Both the position numbers and the translations under genes were made by a program. Shown here one piece after another: positions 1 through 13,928 of a stretch of DNA of 64,000 nt; the first letter of the stretch is position 1, and each line of letters opens with the position of its first letter. This DNA comes from Sarea resinae. Lineage: Eukaryota. Location of the stretch: the NCBI GenBank assembly GCA_026026165.1, contig JAPEUD010000020.1:62001-126000 (forward strand). Reading direction: 5' to 3'. A model generated the notes under the pieces. The model was not told where the DNA came from, did no database searches, and was given only the letters and a program-made list of their open reading frames with translations.

Positions 1-36
1 CATCTACAGAGCAATCCTTAGGCCTGACATTTGTAG

Positions 37-429
37 ATCCCTTCGCAAGTTTCAGACCAAGGAATCTACGGTCGCCAAACTATTTGCCAAGCATATCAAA
101 TTGAAGGATGCCATAGAATTTGTGAAGAAGACCAAGTTTGGCATCGCGGTTGGAACTCCTGCACGGTTGACGGATCTTGTTCAAGCTGGTGAGTCCTGCA
201 CTTTCAATCATCCCATCGAGTCCGTTTTACCATTCTAACAGATGTAGGAGCCCTATCACTCGACAAAGTGCACCGAATAATGGTGGACAGTTCTCATATT
301 GATCAGAAAAAGAGAGGAATTCTCGACATGAAGGAAACGCAGATTCCTCTGATAGGGTTTCTCAATCTGAAGGGGCTGAAGGATCGTTACGGCCAAGACA
401 GTAGGGGTGTTGATCTATTGTTTTACTGA
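37..429 (+). CDS. CMS1: 3' part of Cms1-like 90S pre-ribosome protein (gene begins upstream of the window)
   Basis: Spliced translation (intron ~189-248): ...VAKLFAKHIKLKDAIEFVKKTKFGIAVGTPARLTDLVQAGALSLDKVHRIMVDSSHIDQKKRGILDMKETQ...LLFY*. KLFAKH, GTP.R and DQK.R motifs are typical of Cms1. Confidence 0.85.
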
Positions 430-917
430 TGGGCACGCAAGCAATTGTAATGCCCAATGAAATCGGAACGTCAGCGAAAAAGGAAAATTACTGTTTCAGG
501 CGCATTGTTCAACTGGCCGTGCTTTTATTGCTGTTGATAGACAGGGCGGCTCATGAGGTAGTAAGCGGGTCTTCATATATGTTTGCACCGGCTCAACGGC
601 AATTGCATGAGTTCTGAAATGCGCACCTGCTCGAACTTTCGGATGACGCTTTCACTGTGAATTGGAAGCAGCCACTATGAGGATTGCACTGTCGTTTCCT
701 GCGAGATGAATCGACTCTTCCATCTCTACGCGAACCCTCCCACTACCTGACCGTTGACCTCTTTCGTTCCATATCTACCTCTGGGACCTCAACTTGGCCA
801 ACCAAACCACTGCCCACAGCAAATTCAACAGTCACTCGTTTCAACAGTCCTTTCAGTCCCTCTGCGTGCTCAATTAATCTCTTGTCTTTCTTCGGTCTTT
901 GTCCTTTGTCCTTCGCC

Positions 918-1609
918 ATGAAGCTTCAGGCAATCTTTCTTCTCGCTGCCTTCGGGTCATCAGAGGTCCTTGCTGAAGGCGCCGGATTCAAAGTTCCTAG
1001 TAGGTCGCCCATGACTCTGCAGTCAAGCATTGGTCAGCCTTCTGACTCATCTGCTGCAGACTGCGTTTCGAAGTGCTGGGAGAACTCCAAGTTCATCACT
1101 GCTTGTCCCGACGAGATAAAATGCTTGTGTGAAGACGTTGAATTCCAAGCCGTATGTCTCAGACCTCGGGCACATCTCTCTACAACACGGCAATTGACAG
1201 GAAGCTGACAAGCTGACACGCTCCGTAGGCTTTCCACCAGTGCCTCTACTCCCAGTGCCAGACGGCTCAATTTGGCTCTGCTCTACATACAGCTCTCATG
1301 AGATGCTCAGAGTATGACGTCGACGGCTCTATCTCTTCGCACTTTCTCCGTCAAGACCTCCGCAAGCGCGACGCCCCAGACGCTCAATACATTTCTGGTC
1401 TGGGCCAGCCATCAGCCGTCTATTCGGTCCACCGCCGTGGCAGTGTGTCTGCCTCAGCCTACGCTCGTCCTACTATGGCAGAGCGCGCCGACTATGGCCC
1501 ATATGGCGGGATGGATCAAGCTACGACTACTGCCGCTCCGTCTAGTCTCATTTCTCAGTATGAGTATGGAACTTCGGAACCTGTGTTGAATCCAGCTGTT
1601 CGCCATTGA
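918..1609 (+). CDS. Secreted CFEM-domain protein
   Basis: ATG 918 with signal-peptide-like MKLQAIFLLAAFG. Intron 1152-1228 (GTATGT..CTGAC..TAG) joins CVSKC...CPDEIKCLC to FHQCLYSQC...MRC, giving the 8-Cys CFEM spacing. Ser/Thr/Ala-rich tail. Confidence 0.75.
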
Positions 1610-1903
1610 CCGCCGGGTGGGGCATTCTCCTCCCATGGCTATCAGCAGCGCCGTATGATGGCAGCTTTCCGGTTTCTCGCACATAATCCCATTGCCCTGC
1701 CGAACCTTGCAGCTGTCAGCATACACCTAATAATATCAACCTTACATCAACACGCACGTCGAGTATGGTTGGAGGCCGTAGAGGTGTCTTCAGCTATTGG
1801 GAACCCCATCAGGACGAAAGAGCTTCTTATTTGCATAATCCTTCCACTGCAGCCTTTTTTCCATGTTCGCTTTGATTTTTCTGTATACAATTTTGCTATC
1901 CTC

Positions 1904-1905
<2 letters not shown>

Positions 1906-1937
<32 letters not shown>
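1906..1937. repeat. Poly-C homopolymer (~32 nt)
   Basis: Direct reading of the sequence. Confidence 0.95.
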
Positions 1938-3235
1938 ATATGCCCATCACCCCAGCATTTCCGGCCATGATCAAGATACGAGGAGCGCGGTTTGCTTTTT
2001 CAAATCATCACGAAAGCTAAGGCGGATATGACTGTGATGTTTTCTCTCCGCTTCGAGTAAGTCAGTAAGTACTCCTCATGTCGATCATGTACTCTTCTAG
2101 CTCGACGGTTTTCTCCCTGTGTCTTCGCCCATATTCGCACATTTCTTTTTCTCGCTCCGCCGTTCAGCTGTCTTATAGAGCTTAGTTTGTTGTCACGCCT
2201 TAGCTGAAAGGAGGCAAAAAGAGCGCGCGACGCGACTCCTCTCCTCCATTAACTTATTTCATGGAAGACCAACGATTAACAGATTAGAAGAAGAATGGAC
2301 CTCAATCATCCTTTAAGAATCCGGGTTCGTATCTTACTGTCTTGTACGTTCTGGAGCTCGGTGAGGCGCGCTGCTATACATACAGTGAGGTAGACAAATG
2401 TGCATGATCCCCGGCGGTGCGGGCTTATAGTAAGGTAGTCTTCTTAGCTGTTTTGCTCCTGATTAGCAGGGCACACCTAATAGATACCTTTGGCGATTTG
2501 GCGAAGAGGCACGGAAGAGCTTGATACTGATCCCTCCCCGCACGACGGCTTTTGCCCCTATTTCCCCCCCTATTCTTCCCCCTATTCTTTCCCTATTCCC
2601 TCTATTTCCTCCCACACCCCTCCCCCCTCTCCCACTGGTCATTTTTATTTAGCAGAGAGATAGTATCCCGAAAGAAGAATTATTCCCATTCCCATTTGAC
2701 CTTTTCTTTTTTTTTTCTTTTTGTTTTTGGCAAAATGAGAAAAGTTCCCTCAGGTAAGAAAGAGGACAAGATGGCTCTTTTTTTAGGAGGGGGCGGGGGC
2801 GGGGGGGGGGAATACGAGCTCTTCTTTCTGTGCTGAGTTGTTTTTTTGGATTAGCGGGGGTAGGGGGGGGGTTTGTATATTTTCTATTGCTGCTGCTACT
2901 ACTGAACCGACTGAATTGCTGGACCTGGACCCGTCTTCTAATTCGCATTGGATTGATTGATTGATTCGAATCACTTTTCGTCAGATGGTCTCGGATGGTC
3001 TCGGGGTGGTGGATGGGTGGTCGATGGCGGGAGAACACAAGTAAGTGTTAGTGTCAGTGTACTTCATAGGTGGAAGTGTAAGGACAGGACAGGAAAGGAG
3101 AGGAAAGGAAACGTTGATGCTACTGTTTTGTTTTGTTTTGTATATGTTACCATTGTGGGTGGGTGGGTGGGTGGGTAGAGGAAGGGAAGGGGTATGTGGA
3201 TATTAGGTACGTAGGTAGGTAGATAGAGGAAGGGG

Positions 3236-3315
3236 AAGGGAAGGGAAGGGAAGGGAAGGGAAGGGAAGGGAAGGGAAGGGAAGGGAAGGGAAGGGAAGGG
3301 AAGGAAAGGGAAGGG
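3236..3315. repeat. (AAGGG)n pentanucleotide microsatellite in an SSR-rich intergenic region
   Basis: 13 perfect AAGGG units at 3236-3300 plus degenerate flanks; (GGAT)n, (AG)n and (GGGT)n nearby. Confidence 0.95.
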
Positions 3316-4192
3316 TAAGGGACGTGTGTATGTTTGTGTGTATTTAATCATGTATTGGATATGGGACACTGAAGACTGTATGTACTACAGGAGGATGTAT
3401 AGATGTATGGATGGATGGATGGATGTATATACATTGTTCCGAATTGATCAAGGTAGGGTATGGTACCTATGGTACGGGTATGCTAAGTGTGTGTCTTTGC
3501 GTGACAGAGAGAGAGAGAGAGAGACAGAGTGTGTGCGTGCGTGCTAGGCTAGGGTATGCATGCATGCACGCACGTCTGGATAGATGGATGGAAGCGGTTC
3601 TCCAGCCCCACGCACGTAAGGTAAAGGGTTAAAAAAAAAGAAAGTAAAAAGATAAACGCCGGTACAAGTGCCCTCCGCATCCCCCGGGATTGATCTATAT
3701 GGAGACAAGAAAGGTAGGGAGAGGGTGGTAGGAGGGTTGTAGGGAGGTGGTCGGTAGGTTGGGGATTATCCGTTCGGACCTAGGAGGACCTAGGAGAGGG
3801 AAGAGAAGGAAATACAAAGGAGAGCAAGGATGGGAAAGCGAAGGATCTTTAGTAGGGATAGAGGGAGAGATGGGGGGAGGTGGATAGGTAGGTGGACATA
3901 GAGGGGGATATGATAACAAGACGACGATGTGGTAGTAGCGCCGAATTGGGTGAGTGGGTGCGCTGTGTGAGGATAGGATTAGACAGGAGATACGCTTTGA
4001 AGATCCAGTCGCTAAGACAAGATCGAGCATTCGCGAGATTCGGTTGCTGTTGGCCTTATACATAGGGAGGCGGGGTTCAGACGTCTTTGTATTTGGAAGT
4101 GTGGATTGCGATGGATGAGATATGCGACAGTGAGGCGTATGGATGTGTGAACGGGGCGCGGCAGTGTGATATTTCATGGAAGTTTCTTCGGC

Positions 4193-5497
4193 TCATCCGG
4201 CGACCAGGACCCAGACGAGAAAGACTTTGACTTCTTAGTTACGGCTCATGATAGAGGGAGCCCGAAAGGGAAACAGGATGAAGAGGAAAGGAGGTGTTGA
4301 GGATAAAACAGACGTACAGATCATGAGAATGCCAAACATCTTGGCGATGAGCCATCTGTTGCCCGAGACGCGGCCCCAGTACTGGTAAAATGTATTAGTT
4401 ATCTCGTTTGGAAAAAGATCAAGTGGAAAAGAAATGGATGACTAGAAAACATACCTTCATCAACTCACGCTGAGCGCCCTGGACGTTGTCGACAACATCT
4501 TCGGTGTTCGCGTCGATCCTCTGGATCATCTCGCTCTGCTCCGACACCATACTCGCCAGCTGTCCGAAGATCCCACCCAGCTCGCTGATCGTGCGCTCAA
4601 TAGCCTCGATGGCTTCGCCTCGAGCGTTGATGTAGCTGTTTGTGCTTTGCGCTTCTTCCATCATCATCAGCTGCTGGTCGGATTGCGGGGCGCTGCGCGC
4701 AAGTGCAGACGAGGACGACGGATCCAGGCTCAGTAGGTCGGGATCCTGGTTGTTATTTCCGTAGACCGAGGAAGGCGTGCGAGAGTTCGAGTGCGATGGC
4801 GTACTGGTGGTGGTATAGAGTGGGGAGTCGGAACGATGGGCGTCGAAGCCCGAAGATTGCGAGTGTGAGGATACCGAGGAGACGAAATTCTCGGTGCGAG
4901 AGCGCGAGGCTTGGATGTTTTTCGTGCGGACTTCGAGGACCTCTTTGAAGTTCACAGACACGTCGGCGAGTTTGCCTTGTAGCAGTACGACGACGTTCTT
5001 GTTGTGTTCGCCTTCTTGATCGCCGCCGCCGGCTGTGCGTAGGGATTGGGGGTGTTGCGATTTGGTAAAGGTCTGGAGGGACGAGATCTGTTGGTTGAGT
5101 GCCGACAGATCTTGCTTGATGATGTAGGTCAGTTCGGCGATCTCGACAGGTCGGTCGTCAAAGAGTGTCTTCCGTTTGGCCACTGCAAGTCCATGATCCT
5201 CAATCAGTAGGTGGTTACCATTGGATCGGACGAGGACATACACTCGGCCAGTCTCTCCAGCTTGGCCATCGTCCCGGTGATGCCCCTGCCGATCTCCGCG
5301 GCCCTCCTGGCAAATTCGGATCTGCCGCCTTTCCTGGCACCCTTCGCATCTGGCGATCCTTCTGCTTCTCTCCGTTGCGCGTCCGAGAGCAGTGACTGTC
5401 GCTGTGCGCCGACCTTTGTCGAAGCTTGTCGTCTTTGCACTTGGGTCAGGACGGAGCGGAACTCGCTGGTCCGGTCTTGGATGGAAGCCACAGCCAT
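4193..5497 (-). CDS. SED5: Cis-Golgi t-SNARE syntaxin 5 (4 exons)
   Basis: N-terminal MAVASIQDRTSEF (Sly1-binding-type motif), KRKTLFDDRPVEI, SNARE motif AIEAIERTISELGGIFGQLASMVSEQSEMIQRIDANTEDVV, and C-terminal TM exons YWGRVSGNRWLIAKMFGILMI / FLVWVLVAG*. Confidence 0.96.
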
Positions 5498-5829
5498 GGC
5501 TGCGAGATGGGGCTGACGGCGGCGCTGCTCTGGATGGCGCGATTGGGGAGCGGTCTCTGTCGTGATGTGGAGATGTGGGTTGTCCGAAAGGCGGGTTGCG
5601 ACACCGAGGGGACTACCTAGATGTTGAGCTTCGCTTGATCCGATCAATTCGGGTGGCTGTAGCTGTGATGTCTCTGCGAGCAAAGGAATGGCAGATGAGG
5701 CTACGATCGCGAGGACATTGTCTGTCTGCTTGTCGGTCTGTAGACGGGGTGGACGGGTGAGGGTGATGGGAAATGGGAGATGGCAGATGGGAGATGGCAG
5801 ATGGGAAACAGTCCCTGAACGACGACAAC

Positions 5830-5868
5830 GACGGTCGGCCCCTTCGACGGTCGGCCCCTTCGACGGTC
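5830..5868. repeat. 16-bp tandem repeat (GACGGTCGGCCCCTTC x ~2.4) in the divergent SED5 / Fyv8-like promoter region
   Basis: Direct reading of the sequence. Confidence 0.85.
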
Positions 5869-6652
5869 AATCTGTCCGGATATGGATACGTCCTCGCCTC
5901 CTCACGTGACCACGATAGCCTCGTGTGGCTGACACGCGCCGACCATTAAAAGCCATCCATGGTCGGGCATCACGAATGAGAATAGCAATGATGCGGATGA
6001 ATATATGTCTCCAATATCGTCCACAGCTCCGTAGATCACATCGAAGCCCGAATAGCTTCGAGCAATTTATGGAATTGGTAGATCATAATCCATCAGCTGC
6101 AGCCTGCAGGGGTTTTTATCCTTGACGAGATGATTGACGCTTGACGCTTGACGCTCGACGCTCGACGCTTGTTCTCAGCGACTTGACGATCCGGCCCCTT
6201 CTGACTTGGCCGTGGCCCATTTTCCATTTCCATCTCACTCGCCCATCACCCATCGCAGCCTCATCTCCAGCTCTTTATCTGCAATCCCCTACGTGCTCGT
6301 TCCCGGCTCGGAATGGGACCATCCAAGGCGTAATTTGGAACTTCTCCTTTCTGCATGTCGTGGCAGTTTGATTGTCGTATCCATCCCCATTCCAACACGA
6401 GAACACGAGACGATCCCCGTCGGTATTGGACCCCTTCCCGCGACATCACTGCGACATCACTCTCGGCCTCTTCTGCCGCCACCTGGCACGAGACTTCTCC
6501 CTCTTCTTGACCGAAGAGACACCTTCACTCGATTCGAAAGCTGCTTGGGCCGTCCGTAGATGTTGCCATTAATTACGAGTACATACACTTCTCCTTGAGG
6601 GCGCCAGCAGCAACAACAACGAGCATCGTTGCCCCGGTGCCAGGTCGATATC

Positions 6653-9600
6653 ATGTCTCGCCCATATCCCCAAACCTTTGAGACGGCGCGCTCTCCTCTG
6701 TAAGTGCCAGTGCCGTGTCGAGTCCATCCGCCGCGCTGACATGCGAGCAGAGACAGACCGCCGAATTCGCCATCGCCCGTCTCGGCCGCCGGCTTCAAGA
6801 CCAACGTCAATCGCATGAAAACGAAACGATGGGTCGAAGCGAAATCATACTCGTACGATGGCGATGACTGGGGAGAGGTCGATGATTATGATGAATATGG
6901 CGTCGACGACGAGCCATCGCCTCCACCACAGCAGCCCACGGGCGTCCGGCACCAGGGCCAGACCGTGGCCGCGACAAGCACCCACCCATCACATCCACCG
7001 ATCAAAGGGCGAGCGAACTCGTTCGACCGAGGAGACGAGTCTAGAGCGTTTTCCGCCAGCGAACCTCATCCACGAGCAGCTTCGCCGCCTCAGCCAGAAC
7101 ACAGACAAGGCCCTTCGACCCGCTTCTCTCAGATGGGCGTCGCTGGTGCCGGTCCTCGCCCTCTTCAGATCCGGACTGAATCCCCCGTACAGCCGCAGCA
7201 ACAATACCCCCCTTCTCCCAACGCTGTCAACTACAGGGGGGTGTCATACTCACCTACTTCTCGACAACCCGGTTCACGCTCACAATCTATGAACAGCAAC
7301 ACCCCTTCTGCTGATGATTTTCAGAACCGTCGAGACTTCTCTCCATCTGCCGTGCCTCAGCCGCTTTCATCTCGCGCATCTCCCGCTCCTCAGACTCGAG
7401 GAGAGTCCCCGTCAGGCCGATATCCTCCTCGAAAGAGTAGCTTGAGCCAGATGAACCCAGCACGTGCCTCGAGGACGTCGCAGGATGGCTTCGCTCGCTC
7501 CTCGGACGAAGACTTGGTTCGCGACCAGAATGCCAGTCCCCCAGCGAGAGGACGGACCGCCAGCAATTCTTCGTCGTCATCCTTTGTTCGTCCCGCAGAC
7601 ATCTACAAGCGTATGGCAGAGGAACGGGAGCGCGAGAGACAGTCGCTTGAATCGGGTCGACCCAGCCTCGATTCAGTGCTAGGCTTGGAAGGATCGGGGA
7701 ATCTAAGAGAGCGGACAAGCTCAGAGAGCCTGAACAGAGGTCCAAGACGTAGGACCAGCATGGAAGGCGCGGATGAGGGAGACTCCCGGAGGCTCAAACC
7801 CATGCTCGACCCTGTGACGGAAAGGAAAAGCGAATATGGGTTCGATGGGTTTTCTATGGATGACCCATCAATTTCCAAGCCTTCAGTTGCAAAGCCTGGG
7901 CCTCCTGCACTGGGCCAGCCAATGCTTCCCAACGTCGATCACGTCGGAAGTTTTGGAGATGACTTCTTTTCCGGCCCCGGGCCTCAAAGTGAACAACAGT
8001 CGGCGGGTAATCTGGCTCCACCTAGCGGTACTGGTGAACCTGATGCCTCTCTTCAACATCAGCCATCTTTGGGGTTCCGTTCCGTGGTCCACCAAGCCTT
8101 TGACAGGCCAGAAGAAGACCAGTCAAAATCTATTCCGCCAACCCCATCTTCCACGAATGCCAGTGTAGGGGTGAAGCGGACGGACAGCGACAGCACCGCG
8201 GGTATAAGCCCTATCATGAGTAGAGTACCGAGTGCCTCAACCGCCGCCGCGAAAGCCAAGGAAAATGAAGCACGAATTGTGTCTACTCCCGCAATCGCCG
8301 AGGAAAACGAGTCAGGACCAATTTCGCCCGAGCTACATCAGATACCCAGGAAACCTTCACCAGCTCACTCTCGCAATGTCTCATCTGAATCCACGCCAGC
8401 GTCTTTCAAGCAGGGACATCGGCGGAATTTGAGCACTCCCAGTCCCGGAAATAGTCCGGCCCGAGCTCCCGCTGTTGAGGTCAACAAGGAGACACCGGTC
8501 GGAGAAGAAGCCAGTATATCTCCAGCAAGTCCAAATCAGGATCTTACTGCTCGGGAAGTCGATATCGCTTCCGCTGTCAATTCGAGTCCTGATAAAGAGG
8601 TCGAGGGTGCAGCAGATGCGATTCACGATGCTAGATCTTCTTTCCTCGAGTCTCGACGGAGTCCTGTAGAGTCACCAACAGGCAATGAGCTGCCTCGGTC
8701 GAAAGACGAGGATCAGGTTGGCACCTCTCGCCCAGAGGCGGATCGATCTAAGAGCTTCAGGCCATCACTTCCGGGAGGCTGGGTTTCTTACGCAACTACT
8801 GCGGAAGCACCGGCTGACGACGGTGGACTTGTTCGCAGTCAAACACCTGAACAAGCTCGCCCCAACATGGATGGCGGTGATGATCTTGACAAAACGCCAA
8901 CGGCCTCGCAACAGCCCTTTGCCGAATCAAGGGACGCTTCTTTCGCGCAAGAGCCGTTTGCTGCTGTTGCTGCCGCAGGTACTGCTATGGCTGAAGCGAT
9001 TGCCGCCGCCGCAGGGTATGGAGAACAATCACCTGAAAAATCCGAATCGGCAACAGGTGAGCCTCGCGGTGTCGAGGACCGCCTTGTTTCTGGCCAGTCC
9101 TCTGCAGCGGAAGACGAACATTCTCAGAAGGAACCTACTTCCTCAACCATGCCGCCTCCACCTCGTCCAGCGGCCGTTCAGAAGACTCTTTCATCTACGT
9201 CCACCATCCCTCCGACCCCTCCGCCCAAGGATACTCCCCTAAACGAAGAAGCTGCGGGGGGTCATTACTTTTCACCTCCAGTACCTCTGAAACAGAGAGC
9301 TCTAGATCTCTCCAACCTACCGGAGATTGCTCCACCGGTTCGACCACCTATGCTGCCTTCTATGAGCACGGATCCTTCCCCGCAGGACCAGGAAAGCGAT
9401 CGGCTCAGGAAAGAGATCGTGAAAAGCTTGAGCCCCATGCCATCCGACGATCCTGGCCTCCCAGAGGCGGACGAAAATACGACCCGCTCATCGGCGGTGT
9501 ACGCTGATCCAACTCGCGAGAGCACCCTGCTTCCCAGTGAATATGAAAGCTACTGGGGAAGCAATGATGCGATAGAAGAGAAGACAGAGAAGGAACGCGA

Positions 9601-10957
9601 ACCGCAGAGTTCTGGCCACCTCGGGCGGGATAGTTTACCTGCAGCTCCTCCCACTGATCAAGGCGTGATGGAGGAACTACATGGTACACCACCTATCCCT
9701 CCAGAAGGCTCGGAAATGGCTTCAAAGACAATATTTGATGCGCGACCAAGTCTCCTTCCGAGGCGATTTTCCTGGGAGGAGGCTTCGGAGGAGGAGCCAA
9801 CTCCCGCAGGGGAAGTAGGACCCCGCAATGAGACAGTCAATCAGCCCGAAAGTTCTGAGGTCTCGAGATCCAACTCCGACTTGAATCAGCTCGAAGGTAG
9901 TCAGCCTTGGCAGTCGGAAACATCACAACATCCCGCGGCTGGGGCACTGAAAGTCCAGAACGATGAAGACTTGGAGAGTCCTTACTTCGCACCCGTGCCA
10001 GTGGAGAATGTCGAGAAGCCGACCGTGCGAATCATCGGATCAGAAGAATCAGATTCACCCACTGCCCATCCCTTCCGTCCTCTCAGCTCCGAAGGACTTG
10101 AGGTTGCTGATGGTAGCGAGTGGGACATTAGTGGCCGGAACGGAAGCACTGTCAGCGCCGTATCGCCAGACACCCCCGAACTAGCAACACCCTCAGATGC
10201 CAAGCAGCAGAGCATTGAAGAGCTCCCCGCCACAGAGAGGACCACCAGCACGTCCAAAGAAGACCCCCTCGCCATTGCCGATCCAATTCCAGTCGCTCGC
10301 ACTACTTCCGCTGGGGCCTCTTCACGTCCCAAAACCTTGGGCTTCCGCGAAATCCTCGCCATGAAAAATTCCGATGACCGCATCGCTGCTTTCAATGCCA
10401 CGCGCGTCCAATTCGCGTCCATGGATACCGGTCTGTCAAATTGGCTCTCCGTCACCACCTCGGCGCTCCCGGAGCACGCCGATCTCCTCTCCACGGCAGG
10501 TCGTCCCACCGCCCCCATCGATGTAACGTCCATGGCGCATAAATCGACTCTGTCGAAGGCCATCTTCACTCGCTCGCACTCTAGTCGCGTCGCCCCGCAG
10601 CAGCCCTACTACCAGCAATACCTCAATTTCTCTACTACCAACACTAGCAAGCCGAATAACTCAGCGGGCGCCAGTTCCGCCGACGCTGGTGCGACTCCCT
10701 CTCCTGCCAGCGCCGCCCGCCGCACCTCGGGACTCTTCTCCTCGTCTCCCGCGTCGGCGCTGTCGCCGGGTAACTCGGGCGGCGGTATCGCGACTAGTAC
10801 GGGTACGGTCCGGGTTACGGGTGCGCACGTCCAGGCCAAGGGCAAGGATCTTCTGCATTCCGCGGGCTTGTTTGGGGGCAAGGCAAATACCGCTGCTAGG
10901 GGTTTCCTGTCAAAGGGAAAGCATAAGCTCAGGCCTAGTGGCGCCGGTGCCGAGTGA
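6653..10957 (+). CDS. Large, mostly disordered conserved fungal protein, Fyv8-like
   Basis: 1380-aa ORF 6815-10957 plus a probable short first exon from ATG 6653 (donor GTAAGT at ~6700). Conserved islands KRWVEAKSYSYDGDDWG, FVRPADIYKRM, GFRSVVHQAF, DRLRKEIVKSL and RIAAFNATR..FASMDTGLSNWL. The Fyv8 label rests on recalled motif resemblance. Confidence 0.75.
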
Positions 10958-12051
10958 GCTGGTTTCTGTTTCGTGTGGTTGGGCCGGGTGGGATTCGGTA
11001 GGTTGTGTCAAGATGGCTGAAGGAGACGTTCACGTGTCCCACCGTCAGGGTCTAGCTACTATACTTTCACCATATGTAGATCTCCCCTTTTATATTTTCT
11101 TCTTTTTCTTTGACGTCTTTGGTTTGTCTTTGCCTTTGTCTCTCCTCGTCTCGCCGCGCCGCCGGCGCCGCCGTCGTCATCGACCGATGTCTACGATTTC
11201 CGTCTGGCCCATCATCCCCCAAATTGCCTCTTCTTTTTGTTTCTCATCGTCTGCTCTACTACGGGGGACATTCGACGAAGGAATCGCACGGGAGGGAAAG
11301 CGTTGGCGTTTTCCTTTTGAGGGGTGTGTTTTTTCTCTCATGTCTCCTACAGGGCTGAAATTGGGCATCGTTTGTATATAGGGATTTGAAATGGTTGATA
11401 GTTGCATGGATGGACGGACAATCCTTGATCGCAAATAAAGTTTGTCTTACCTTTGCCTGACTTGGATTAAGTCTAGTGAGTGAGTTGCTTTGCTTTTCTT
11501 GATGTTGAACAATATCGATGTTGATGTCAGTGATTTTCTTGACGTAGGTAGATCACAGGAGTGAGAAAATCTGCTTCTGATGAATCTACTCTCAGATTTA
11601 TTCCGTCATTCTTACCTACTCACCTTACCCACCTACCTAGCATATCAAGCAGGGGGAAAAGAAAGCCGATATTTCGACATCGAGTCCGATCTTTTCCTTA
11701 GCTTACCTAGGTACCTTACGTAGGTATGCATGGATGCATACATGCATCCATGTATGTCTCGTAGGCAGCTAAAGTAGTCAAGAGTACCAAGGTAGACAAG
11801 GTAGGTAGGTAGGTAGGTAGGCTTCCGTGGTTGTTTGGGAAAGCTTAGGTCCGGTAGATGGGACGAGCGGTTTTGTTGTTTGTGCGTTGTTGGTTGTGGG
11901 ATCAAAGTAGCGCTCTATCTATCTAGCTTCTCTATCTTGTCTGTAGATGCATCTACGTCCTACGTCCCATGTCCCATGTCCCATGTCCCACGTTCGGGCA
12001 ATGCGTATCTGTCTATATCTATCGGACTGCTTTGAGACGCTCTCTCGCCCC

Positions 12052-12088
<37 letters not shown>

Positions 12089-13928
12089 TACGAAGGTTGA
12101 AAACACTCACTCCTCTACCGAGACCGAAACCGAGAAATCGCAGTTGAAATTGCCATTGAAAATGCCAGTGAAAAATGACGCTGAAACGGGGACTGAAACC
12201 GGGATGGGATGTTACCTACGTAGGGAGGGATACACGTAACGGATCGTGGACTAGGCGTGGCCTTGTTTCCGTGGCAGGTTAGGAGAGGGGGGAGCGGGGT
12301 TGCTGTACATTTTTCTCTTCTTGGCCTCGTCTTTAGTGGCTTGGGTTGTGGTTATTGATGAGGCAGAGGCAGAGGAAGAGGAAGAGAGAGAGCGTGAGCG
12401 TGAGGGAGAGCGTAAGGGAGATGGACTGGGTTGGTTGAGTAGATATCTGTATGTACATGTGGGTGGTATGGCATGGTATGGTTGGCTTCGGGATGCGGGA
12501 TGTGCAGACAGGATGTAGAGAGAGACGGAGACAGAGAAGGAGACCGAGGGGGATAGATGCAATGACGCTGGGAGGCCGTAGGTAGGAGTTACTTTGTCTA
12601 CCTACTACTGCAAATAAGGTATCTGGACAGATAGCTTCCACTTAGTATCTCTCTATATCTAAACAGCACCGGGAGATTTGTCTTGTCTTGTCTGTCTATC
12701 TATCTAGTCTTTCTCAGAGTGACAGAAGGGAAGAGCGAGGGCGCGCGCGAGAGGGAGGGAGGGAGGGAGGGAGGGAGAGAGATAGAGATTAACGCATAGA
12801 GAGATCAGCAGTATAATCACACACCGACGCGTTCATACACTTCGCCGTCCAAGAATACCAGCCGTTTTCCTTTCAGCTCATCTCTGTGCAGTCTGCTCGT
12901 GTGTGCTGGAAGAGCTTTTTTGTGGCCGGATCCACCTTTCTGGATTTATGCTTTCTTCGTTGTTGTAGTCTCCTCGAGAGCCATAGCTAGCTGATGGTTG
13001 GTGAATCGTGATCGTGTTCGAATTCGAGACTTGTGGTCTGGTATCTGTATCGAGAAGAACACTACGAACCTAGAGCCGGCATCCATAGCCAGCCGTCAAG
13101 ACATAATTCCGCGGACTCGCCGTCTGTGTGAAGAAGACCCCCGGCCCAGACCCACAGGCAGCGGCTGATCAATCCGATGGATGATCCATGCGATGATGCA
13201 TGCGCTCAGTGGGCAACGCAATCTGGTCTGGCGAGTATCTTGCCCGATATTTTCATGCACCGGCACGAGTAACGAGCGGGACTTCGAGAAACAGTTCCTG
13301 GTTCATGACACGACACGATACTATTCCACTGGGAAGAGGAGGGCAACGGACATCTTTGCAGCTGCTGGCCCATAGTAGAACATTAGTCGGGCTGTTTCTG
13401 CTGCTAGCTCTCTGAACAACCGTCTACCTATGTGTCCATGTGAGCGATCTTGTATAGCAGGCATGTGTATCTGGGGTAGAATCATTGCGCGAGAGGAGAG
13501 ACAGAGGGGTTTCAGAATAGGTGATACGATTAGCGTGTGGCTGGTGCTTATAGCGCATTGTACAAGATCCCGCCACCTACTCGACACCTCGCTAACTCTA
13601 CCGTGAACCAAATGCACCCTATACCAGACGAGACGTAAGACAGAGAGGGTGTGATATGGTAGGTAGAGAAAACGGGGGCGAGGTGGGGGAGGTCGTACTC
13701 GTATGGCCCCAGCGGATTCATCATTATGTGTTTGTGTTTCAAGTTCGTGATTGTGGTTGTCGTTGGGGAGTCGTCAAGGCGGAGAGGATAATGTAGAAGA
13801 AATAAAAATATAGGCTTACATTTCGGATCTCTTTTCGACGTCCCATGTCCCATAGAGCAAGCGCCTCCGACCTCCAAAATCCGCCACAAGAACAAACACC
13901 AACCGACACGTGAAGCAACTCTGCCGTG

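Noticed and set aside
684..917. N-terminal extension of the CFEM ORF
   Set aside because: It starts at a non-ATG codon; the signal peptide begins at ATG 918.
2552..3632. Short ORFs such as (FPSLP)n and (RE)n
   Set aside because: They are translations of microsatellites.
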